From Alphaproteobacteria bacterium (lineage in GTDB: Bacteria > Pseudomonadota > Alphaproteobacteria > UBA828), in the NCBI GenBank assembly GCA_965214705.1, contig OZ243972.1, positions 2,336,001-2,400,000 on the forward strand: a stretch of DNA of 64,000 bases, written 5' to 3'. Of the stretch, positions 56,597 to 64,000 are shown piece after piece. The first letter of the stretch is position 1. Every line of letters begins with the position of its first letter. Made by a program: the position numbers and the translations under genes. The notes under the pieces were generated by a model that saw nothing but the letters and a program-made list of their open reading frames with translations, was not told the DNA's origin and did no database searches.

Positions 56597-58162
56597 ATGT
56601 CCCGCGGTCCGGAACTTCCCTCCGTCAACCAGCTCGCCGCCGTCGCCCAGGACTTCATGCTCGACATGACGCTGGAGGATGTGACGAACCAGCGGGAGGC
56701 CATGCGGGGCGCCATCGCGAGCCTGCGCCATATCGACGACATGCCGGAGGAGCGGCCAGCCGTCACCTATCCGCGCACCTCCGGCTACCGGCCGCACCCG
56801 GACGAGAACCCCTACAACGCCTGGTATTGGCGGGCCGAGGTCAAGGGTGCGGACTCAGGGCCGCTCGCGGGCGAGGAGATCGGCGTCAAGGACGTGGTCT
56901 CGCTCGCCGGCGTGCCGATGATGAACGGCTCGCGCGCCCTCGAAGGCTACGTGCCCACCATTGACGCCACCATCGTGACCCGCATGCTCGACGCAGGCGC
57001 CACCATCGTCGGCAAGACGGCCTGCGCCGACTTCTCCTTCTCGGGCGGCGGCCACACCAGCGGCTACGGGCCCGTGCGCAATCCGCGCAAGCCCACCCAT
57101 GCGCCCGGCGGCTCGTCCAAGGGGAGTGCCGCGGCGGTGGCCGCTGGCGACGTGGCGATGGCGATCGGCGGCGATCAGGGCGGCTCGATCCGCATCCCCG
57201 CGTCCTGGTGCGGCGTGGTCGGCCTCAAGGCGACCTACGGCCTCATCCCTTATACCGGGTGCCTCGCGATCGAGATGACCCTCGATCATATCGGCCCTAT
57301 GACGAACACCGTCGAGAACTGCGCCCGCATGCTCTCGGTCCTCGCCGGCCCCGACCCACTCGATCCGCGCCAGCGGGGCGTGATCCCGGCCGATTACGTG
57401 CAGGACTACATGCCGGCGATCGGCGCGGGCTGCGAAGGCGTGCGGATCGGCGTGCTCACCGAGGGCTTCGGCCAGACCGAGGAGACCTGGCCCGAGTTCG
57501 GCCTGCCGGGGAGCGTACCGGCGGTGGACGATGCGGTCCGCGCCACGGTGCGCTGGCTGGAGGAGCGGGGCGCCCAGGTCACCGAGGTCTCGGTGCCCGA
57601 GCACTACCACGGGCTCAGGCTCTGGTTCGCGATTGCGGCCGAGGGCGCAACCGAGTTCATGCTGAAGAATGCCGGGGTCGGCACCGGCTGGTTCGGCTAT
57701 TACGACACGCAGTTCCTGGAGCATGCGTCGCGGGCCGCGAAGACCCGCCAGAACGACTATCCGCATACCGTGAAGAACGTGCTGCTGCTGGGCGGGTACC
57801 TCAAGCGCTACTACCACGGCACCTATTACGCGAAGGCGCAGAACCAGCGCGGGCGGCTGACCGCAGCCTACGACAAGGCGCTCGCCGACGTGGACGTGCT
57901 GGTGCTGCCCACCATCCCGCACCTGGCCGCGCCGATCCCGAGCCTGGATGCCGACTTTGGAGAGTACATGTCGCGCGCGCTCGGCATGATCAACAACACG
58001 CCGCAGTTCAACCTGACCGGCCATCCCGCGATCAGCGTGCCCTGCGGCGTGAGCGACGACCTGCCCATCGGCTTCCAGGTCGTCGGCCGCCACTTCGACG
58101 ACCTCACCGTGCTCAAGGTCGCGGATGCGGTGGAGAAGAGCGCGGATTGGCAGAGCGTGTAG
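56597..58162 (+). CDS. Amidase signature family enzyme
   Basis: IGVKD, GGSSKGS and GGDQGGSIRIPASWCG Ser-cisSer-Lys triad motifs. Confidence 0.93.
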   Translation: MSRGPELPSVNQLAAVAQDFMLDMTLEDVTNQREAMRGAIASLRHIDDMPEERPAVTYPRTSGYRPHPDENPYNAWYWRAEVKGADSGPLAGEEIGVKDVVSLAGVPMMNGSRALEGYVPTIDATIVTRMLDAGATIVGKTACADFSFSGGGHTSGYGPVRNPRKPTHAPGGSSKGSAAAVAAGDVAMAIGGDQGGSIRIPASWCGVVGLKATYGLIPYTGCLAIEMTLDHIGPMTNTVENCARMLSVLAGPDPLDPRQRGVIPADYVQDYMPAIGAGCEGVRIGVLTEGFGQTEETWPEFGLPGSVPAVDDAVRATVRWLEERGAQVTEVSVPEHYHGLRLWFAIAAEGATEFMLKNAGVGTGWFGYYDTQFLEHASRAAKTRQNDYPHTVKNVLLLGGYLKRYYHGTYYAKAQNQRGRLTAAYDKALADVDVLVLPTIPHLAAPIPSLDADFGEYMSRALGMINNTPQFNLTGHPAISVPCGVSDDLPIGFQVVGRHFDDLTVLKVADAVEKSADWQSV

Positions 58163-58202
58163 CGCACCCGGCGCTCGGCCCGAGGGACTGCGAGTTGAAG
58201 CG

Positions 58203-59768
58203 ATGACGGAGAGGCCGGAACGCTGGCTCGTGCGCAAGCCGGCCGTGACGAGCCGCGGCGGCGTGGTCGCGACCCAGCACCAGGCCGCATCGGAGGTTGG
58301 TGCGCGGGTGCTGGCCGACGGCGGCAATGCGGTCGACGCCGCCATCGCCGCGAGCCTTGCGCTGGCTACGGTCGAGCCTTGGATGAGCGGGCTCGGCGGC
58401 GGCGGGTACCTGCTCGTCCGCCCCGCAGGTGAGGCCCGGACCCAAGCCGTCTCCTTCGGAATGGTGGCGCCGGGCACTCTGGACCCGGCGGACTATCCGC
58501 TTACCGGCGAAGCGGGCGCCGACCTGTTCGGTTGGCCGGCGGTGCTGGAGGACCGCAACACGCGCGGCCCGTTCGCGGTGGCGGTGCCGGGTCAGGTCGC
58601 GGGCCTCGGGTTGGCGAATGAGCGCTTCGGCACGTGGGATTGGGCCGACCTGGTGGCGCCCGCGTGCGCGCTGGCGGAGCGGGGCATGGAAGTGGACTGG
58701 CACGCCACCGTCGCGATCGCAGCGTCGGCGCCGGAGCTTGCGCAGGACACCGGCTGCGACGCCGCGTATCTGGCGGACGGATTTCCGCTGGCCGCGCCCT
58801 GGACCGGGGACGCGCCGCGCATCCGGCTGGGTCGGCTTGCTGAGACCCTGCGCCGGCTCGCCGAGGCCGGGCCCGCCGACTTCTACACGGGTGAAATCGC
58901 GCAGGCCATCAGTGCCGACATGGCGGCGCTCGGCGGGCGTCTCTCCGCCGCTGATCTCGCGAACTACGAGGCCACCATCGAGGAGGCGCCCGAGACCAGC
59001 TACCGCGATGCTTGGGTCGGGACGGCACCGGGGTTGACCGCAGGGCCGACGCTGGTGGACGTGCTGGACCGTCTCACGACCTCACTCGATCCGGGCGCGG
59101 CACTCCCCGGCGGCGCCGCCTACGTGGCATACGCCGAGGCGCTACAGGCGGCCTACGCTGAGCGGCTTCGGGGCATGGGCGCGGGCACCGATGCCGAGCG
59201 CGCGTCCTGCACCAGCCATCTCGGCGCGGCCGACCGGGACGGCACCGTCGTCGCGCTGACCCAGACCCTGCTCTCGCCCTTCGGCGCCAAGGTGATGCTG
59301 CCTGAGACCGGGATCCTGATGAACAACGGGATCATGTGGTTCGACCCCCGACCGGGTGGCCCTAACTCCATCGCACCCGGCAAGCGGCCGCTTTCCAACA
59401 TGTGCCCGACGATCGTCGAGTTCGCGGACGGCAGGCGTGCGGCGCTCGGCGCCTCCGGCGGCCGCCGCATCCTCCCTGCCGTCGCACAGCTGCTCTCTTT
59501 CCTCGTGGACTTCGGCATGAGCCTGGACGACGCCGCACATCGCCCGCGCATCAATGTGGATGGCAGCGACCTCGTCGAGGCGGATACCCGGTTATCGGCG
59601 GAGACGCTGGCCTCGCTCGAGGCCCGGTTCCCGCTCGCGGTACGGCCGCACGGCGTGCATCCGTCCGCCTACGCCTGCCCCAACGCGGTGGTCTGGGAGC
59701 CGGAGAGCGGCACCGCGACCGGCGCCGCCCACGTCATGTCCCCCAACGCCAGCGTCGGCTCGCCGTAG
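58203..59768 (+). CDS. Gamma-glutamyltransferase family protein
   Basis: GGNAVDAAIA, EPWMSGLGGGG, CTSHL nucleophile Thr, GILMNNG, PGKRPLSNM, GASGGRRI. Confidence 0.92.
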   Translation: MTERPERWLVRKPAVTSRGGVVATQHQAASEVGARVLADGGNAVDAAIAASLALATVEPWMSGLGGGGYLLVRPAGEARTQAVSFGMVAPGTLDPADYPLTGEAGADLFGWPAVLEDRNTRGPFAVAVPGQVAGLGLANERFGTWDWADLVAPACALAERGMEVDWHATVAIAASAPELAQDTGCDAAYLADGFPLAAPWTGDAPRIRLGRLAETLRRLAEAGPADFYTGEIAQAISADMAALGGRLSAADLANYEATIEEAPETSYRDAWVGTAPGLTAGPTLVDVLDRLTTSLDPGAALPGGAAYVAYAEALQAAYAERLRGMGAGTDAERASCTSHLGAADRDGTVVALTQTLLSPFGAKVMLPETGILMNNGIMWFDPRPGGPNSIAPGKRPLSNMCPTIVEFADGRRAALGASGGRRILPAVAQLLSFLVDFGMSLDDAAHRPRINVDGSDLVEADTRLSAETLASLEARFPLAVRPHGVHPSAYACPNAVVWEPESGTATGAAHVMSPNASVGSP

Positions 59769-59787
59769 CGCCGGAACGGAGAAGTCC

Positions 59788-60546
59788 ATGAGCAATCACA
59801 CGCGCCTCGGCATGATCACGCCGTCACTCAACACGGTGTTGGAGCCCGTGACCTACGCCTTGCTTGCGGACCTGCCCGACGTGACGGCGCATTTCAGCCG
59901 AGTGCGGGTGTCCCAAATCTCGCTCGGCGAGGACTCGGCGGCCCAGTTCGGCGACGAGCCCATGCTCGCCGCTGCGCGCATGCTGGCCGACGCCCGCGTC
60001 CACGCAATTTGCTGGAACGGCACCGCCGGCAGTTGGCTCGGCCCCGACTTCGACCGCCGGCTCTGCGAGGCGATCGCACGAGAGACCGGCATTCCGGCGA
60101 CGAGCGCGACGTTGGCGCTGGCCGAGCTTTTCCGCAGCCGGGGAGTCAAGCGCTTCGCCCTGGTCACGCCGTTCGAGGACGCACTGCAGGAGGCCATCGT
60201 CGAGACCTACGGGCGCGAGGGCTTCGAGTGCGTGGCCGAGCGTCACCTCGACAGCGACGATACCTTCGGCTACGCATCCATCCCGCCTGCGACGACCGAG
60301 GGCATGATCCGCGAGGTGGTGGGCGCGGGGCCCGAGGCGATCGCTGCGGTCTGCACCAACTTGAAGGGCGCGCCCCACGCCCAGGCGCTGGAGGCGGAAT
60401 GCGGCCGGCCTGTCTACGACAGCGTGGCGGCAGCGCTGTGGGGGACGCTCGCGCTTGCCGGCGTCGACCCGAGCCGTATCGCCGGCTGGGGCGAAATCTT
60501 CTCCGTCGCCCCGGCCTCGCTGGAGCGCCTCGGCGCCCTGGCTTAG
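59788..60546 (+). CDS. Asp/Glu racemase / maleate isomerase family protein
   Basis: GMITPSLNTVLE, WNGTAG, LVTPF, VCTNL, PVYDS. Confidence 0.85.
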   Translation: MSNHTRLGMITPSLNTVLEPVTYALLADLPDVTAHFSRVRVSQISLGEDSAAQFGDEPMLAAARMLADARVHAICWNGTAGSWLGPDFDRRLCEAIARETGIPATSATLALAELFRSRGVKRFALVTPFEDALQEAIVETYGREGFECVAERHLDSDDTFGYASIPPATTEGMIREVVGAGPEAIAAVCTNLKGAPHAQALEAECGRPVYDSVAAALWGTLALAGVDPSRIAGWGEIFSVAPASLERLGALA

Positions 60547-60662
60547 AGCGAGTCCGTCATCGACGGACTCGCGACAGGCCGCGACCGCGGCCCGCCGCTC
60601 TGCGGCGCGCCCGCGCAGGCGCCGGCCAAAGGCCGGCTGCCGTGAGCGATAAAGCCTGCTAG
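60544..60662 (-). repeat. Structured intergenic repeat, copy C
   Basis: Inverted homolog of copies A and B, spanning exactly from one TAG stop to the convergent TAG stop. Confidence 0.85.
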
Positions 60663-61591
60663 GCGCTCGCGGCCTGCTCTTCTTCGGACTCCAGCAGGTC
60701 GGCCACCGGCGTCGAATGCCAGCCGTCTGCGCGCTTGGCCCAGTAGAGGTCGGAGAGCCGCCCGGTGGTGATGCCCGGCGCACCGTTGCCGATGGGCTTG
60801 TCGTTGACGCGGACGACCGGGACGACTCCGCCGGCCGAGGACGAGATGAAGGCCTCGCCGGCTTCCTCCAGCTCTTCGGGCCGAAGGTCGGTCGCCTCGG
60901 CTTCCAGTCCGATGTCCTGGCAGAGATCGAACACGGTCTTGCGGGTGATCCCCTCCAGCAGGTTGTCGCCGGGAGTGAGCGCCTTGCCGTCCCGGATGAT
61001 CCAGACGTTGAAGCCGGGTCCTTCGGTGACATAGCCGTCGGTCGAAAGCAGCACGGGCTGGTCCGCGCCGGCGTCGAGCGCCTCGAAGTGGGCCGCGGTA
61101 AGATCCATCCGGTTGAAGTTCTTGCACTTCTGGTTGATGGCGGCGTCAGGCGCGCGGCGGGTCTGGGCGATCCAGAGGTGGGCGCCTGACTTCATCTTCG
61201 GCTCGGCGACGATGGTGTAGAAGGGCACCGCGTAGGCGATCAGCTCGTTCTCGGCGGTGCGCGGGTCGCCAAAGGCGGCGCCGCCGGCGTAGCGTCCGCG
61301 CGTGCAGAGCACGTAGACAATCGAGTCCGAGAGGCCCGCGCGGTGGACGCATTGCGCCATGACGCTCCTGATCTGCGCATCGGACATGGGCGGCGTGAGC
61401 CGGACGTGCTCACACGAGGCGTAGAAGCGGTCCATGTGATCGTCGAGGCGGAAGAACGCGTCGTCACACACCGTGACCGCGTCGAACACCACGTCGCTCT
61501 TGTGGAAGGCCGGGTCGAGGATGGGTATCGATGCCTCCTCGATCGGCATGTATTGTCCGTGGCAATAGGCGATTCCCTTCGATTCCGACAT
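60659..61591 (-). CDS. Fold-type IV PLP aminotransferase
   Basis: FFRLDDHMDRF, KN catalytic Lys, TEGPGFN, LEGITRKTV, EAFISSSAGG. Confidence 0.9.
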   Translation of the reverse strand: MSESKGIAYCHGQYMPIEEASIPILDPAFHKSDVVFDAVTVCDDAFFRLDDHMDRFYASCEHVRLTPPMSDAQIRSVMAQCVHRAGLSDSIVYVLCTRGRYAGGAAFGDPRTAENELIAYAVPFYTIVAEPKMKSGAHLWIAQTRRAPDAAINQKCKNFNRMDLTAAHFEALDAGADQPVLLSTDGYVTEGPGFNVWIIRDGKALTPGDNLLEGITRKTVFDLCQDIGLEAEATDLRPEELEEAGEAFISSSAGGVVPVVRVNDKPIGNGAPGITTGRLSDLYWAKRADGWHSTPVADLLESEEEQAASA

Positions 61592-61830
61592 GGTTGCAGC
61601 CTCCCTGGCGGCGTTGCGCGGTTCGATGCGGACGGTAAGGCGGTGCGGGCCTTGCCGTCAATGTGTTGCGTTCGGGGGCTGAAATCGCCCCATGAGAAAT
61701 TCGCACTGAACCGTTCGAAATACGCAGAATCGGATGGGGAGGCGGCGCGGAAGCCGCTATGATGGGTCATCTAAACGAAGCGGGGCAACCCGCCGAAGCG
61801 CCCGTCCCACAGAAAATAAGTTGGTCCATC

Positions 61831-62379
61831 ATGTCAGACATCGGTTCGCCGCCCAGCGAAGGCGGCTCAATCACGGCCCAGGTCAAGTGGTTCAACCCGA
61901 CCAAGGGGTTCGGCTTCCTCGTACCCGACGACGGCTCGCCAGACGTCTTCTGCCACGTCTCTGCGGTCGAGCGGGCGGGCTTCGACACGCTGCCCCAGGG
62001 GGCCACCGTCAGCTGCGAGGTCGTGCAAGGGCAAAAGGGCCCCCAGGTTTCGCAAATCCTCAATGTCGACACTTCGACCGCGACCGTCATGCCCCCGCGG
62101 GGCGACCGACCGCGCCGCCCCGGCCCCGGAGGCTTCCAGGCCCGGCGCTACAACGAGCCCATGGGCCCGACCGAGGAGATCGAGGGCACGGTCAAGTTCT
62201 ACAACGTCGGCAAGAGCTACGGCTTCGTGACGCCGGACAGCGGCGGGCAGGACGTCTTCGTCCATGCCAAGGTCCTCGCCCGGTCCGGTCTCGACGATCT
62301 GGAGCCTCAGCAGCGCGTGCGGCTGGAGATCACGCAAGGCCCGCGCGGGCCGCAGGCAACCAGCATCGAGCTGATCTGA
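61831..62379 (+). CDS. Cold-shock protein with two CSD domains
   Basis: VKWFNPTKGFGF...DVFCH and VKFYNVGKSYGF...DVFVH. Confidence 0.92.
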   Translation: MSDIGSPPSEGGSITAQVKWFNPTKGFGFLVPDDGSPDVFCHVSAVERAGFDTLPQGATVSCEVVQGQKGPQVSQILNVDTSTATVMPPRGDRPRRPGPGGFQARRYNEPMGPTEEIEGTVKFYNVGKSYGFVTPDSGGQDVFVHAKVLARSGLDDLEPQQRVRLEITQGPRGPQATSIELI

Positions 62380-62467
62380 AGCCGTTCGCCAACGGCGCGC
62401 GGCCCGCCTCGTCAGGCCGCGCCGTCGGACGTTACAGGGGGCTTTGCCCCGCCACAGGCCGACCGCG

Positions 62468-64000
62468 ATGATACGGAATCCGGTCGCCACGCCCATCCTC
62501 GCGCGCCGTTTCGACGCCATCGTGCGCGAGATGTCGAATGCGCTGCTGCGCTCGGCGCGCTCCAGCGTCATCGCCGCCGCCAAGGATTTCTCCTGCGCCC
62601 TCCTGACCCATGACGATCGGCTGATCGCCGCCGCCGAAGGCCTGCCCGTGCACGTGCTCGGGTGCCACCTGCAGACCCGTTCGATGCGTACTCTTCATCC
62701 GGACCTGCGGGAAGGCGATGCCTTCCTCCACAACGATCCGTACCTCGGCAATACCCATGCGGCCGATCACGCCATTCTGGTGCCGGTTTTCATCGACGGG
62801 GTGCACGTGTTCACCGCCTGCGCCAAGGCGCATCAGGCCGATATTGGCAATAGCGCCCCCACCACTTATCACGCCTTCGCGCGCGATGTGTACGAGGAGG
62901 GCGCGCTCATCTTCCCCTGCGTCCTCGTGGAGCGCGGGGGCACGATCAACGACGATATCGTCCGCATGTGCGAACGTCGCATCCGGGTGCCGGCACAGTG
63001 GCGCGGCGACTTTCTCGCGCTGATCGGCGCCGCGCGGATTGGCGAGCGGCGCCTCAAGGAGCTGTGCAGGACGCTTGGAGCCGAGGCTGTTGCGGCCTCC
63101 GTCGAAGACTGGCTGGACTACTCCGAGCAGCGCATGGCACGGGCGATCGCGGGGCTGCCGGGCGCGTCGCTGGTCTCGGAAAGCGCGCACGATCCGGTGG
63201 ACCCTATCTTGCCCGACGGCATTCCGGTCAGGGTCGGAATCGAGGTGGACCCGAGCGCAGCCAAGATCACGGTCGATCTGCGCGACAACATCGATTGTGT
63301 CGATTGCGGCCTGAACCAGACGGAGGCCTGCTGCCTCGCGCACGTCTTCACGGCGATCTTCAACTGCCTCGACGACGACGTGCCGCGCAACGAGGGCGCG
63401 TTTCGCCGCGTCGAGGTGCTGATGCGAGACGGCTGCGCGGTCGGGCGCCCGGCCTTCCCCCATAGTTGCTCGGTTTCGACCACGAATGTGGCCGAGCGCC
63501 TCATCTACGCCATTCACAGCGGCTTCGCGCGTCTCGGCGAGGGGAGGGGTCTCGCCGAGGGCTCGGCAAGCATGGGCGGGGCGATGGCCGTGATCTCCGG
63601 CACCGATGCCCGCCGGGGCGATGCCCCCTTCGTCAATCAACTGTTCCTCGGGGTCGGCGGCGGCCCTGCCGCCCCCGGTGCCGACGGGTGGCTGACCTAT
63701 TGCCTGCCGACGGCGGCGGGCCTCGTTCACCTGGATAGCGTCGAGTTGGTGGAGAGCCGCTACCCGATCGCCGTGGACTCGGCGCGCATCGTCGCCGGCA
63801 GCGGCGGCGCGGGGCGTCGGCGTGGGGCGCCGGCAACGGAGGTCGTCTATGGCCCGACGCACGGCTCCCTTACCGCAGTCATTCCGTCGGACGGTCACCA
63901 TGTTGCACCGCGCGGTGTGTGCGGGGGCGCCGATGCGACGGCGGGCCGCACTGCCAAGCTCGACCGCGACGGCCGGGAGACCGTGCTTCCCAATTTCGTG
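62468..64000 (+). CDS. Hydantoinase B/oxoprolinase family protein, 3' end beyond window
   Basis: Not in ORF track. Manual translation: REMSNALLRSARSSVI...DFSCAL...EGLPVHV...NDPYLGNTHAAD...HQADIG...YEEG...GSGGAGRRRG. Confidence 0.9.
   Translation, partial: MIRNPVATPILARRFDAIVREMSNALLRSARSSVIAAAKDFSCALLTHDDRLIAAAEGLPVHVLGCHLQTRSMRTLHPDLREGDAFLHNDPYLGNTHAADHAILVPVFIDGVHVFTACAKAHQADIGNSAPTTYHAFARDVYEEGALIFPCVLVERGGTINDDIVRMCERRIRVPAQWRGDFLALIGAARIGERRLKELCRTLGAEAVAASVEDWLDYSEQRMARAIAGLPGASLVSESAHDPVDPILPDGIPVRVGIEVDPSAAKITVDLRDNIDCVDCGLNQTEACCLAHVFTAIFNCLDDDVPRNEGAFRRVEVLMRDGCAVGRPAFPHSCSVSTTNVAERLIYAIHSGFARLGEGRGLAEGSASMGGAMAVISGTDARRGDAPFVNQLFLGVGGGPAAPGADGWLTYCLPTAAGLVHLDSVELVESRYPIAVDSARIVAGSGGAGRRRGAPATEVVYGPTHGSLTAVIPSDGHHVAPRGVCGGADATAGRTAKLDRDGRETVLPNFV

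Noticed and set aside
61831-62379. Double cold-shock domain protein as a novelty
   Set aside because: Two-CSD proteins are already known in Alphaproteobacteria such as Caulobacter.

Overview
High-GC alphaproteobacterial chromosome segment (Rhodospirillales-like, judged from rpoZ-spoT, rarA-crcB-rluA-ATP12, cobS/cobT and gltA), with catabolic and accessory loci on both sides of that core. Left: a probable sulfoacetate-activation operon (SauS-like dehydrogenase, a divergent SucCD-like ligase and a second citrate synthase), tRNA-Arg with an IS1595-type MITE, a low-GC small-protein/aspartic-protease cassette, a partial sox module (soxYZ, soxE/F-like, YeeE) split by an IS5 inserted into a sister IS5, and a 1-kb integrase-less islet at tRNA-Glu carrying a Ni/Co transporter. 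Middle: a large methylated amide/amine catabolic region (DMFase-like large and small subunits, non-pyrrolysine MttB, MetR-like regulator with a MetR-type box, PotABCD-like transporter, FAD oxidoreductase, atypical glutamine synthetase, glxBCD). The most notable feature is at 46.5-55.8 kb: the 3' tail of a 130-aa hypothetical gene occurs three times as progressively decaying direct repeats. These delimit two tandem modules, each encoding an autotransporter with a conserved signal peptide and beta-domain but a divergent passenger of two Cache-like domains. No integrase is present. Right: amidase, GGT, Asp/Glu racemase-family protein, fold-IV aminotransferase, two-domain cold-shock protein and a partial hydantoinase B. 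All family assignments are by-eye motif recognition; no database searches were run.
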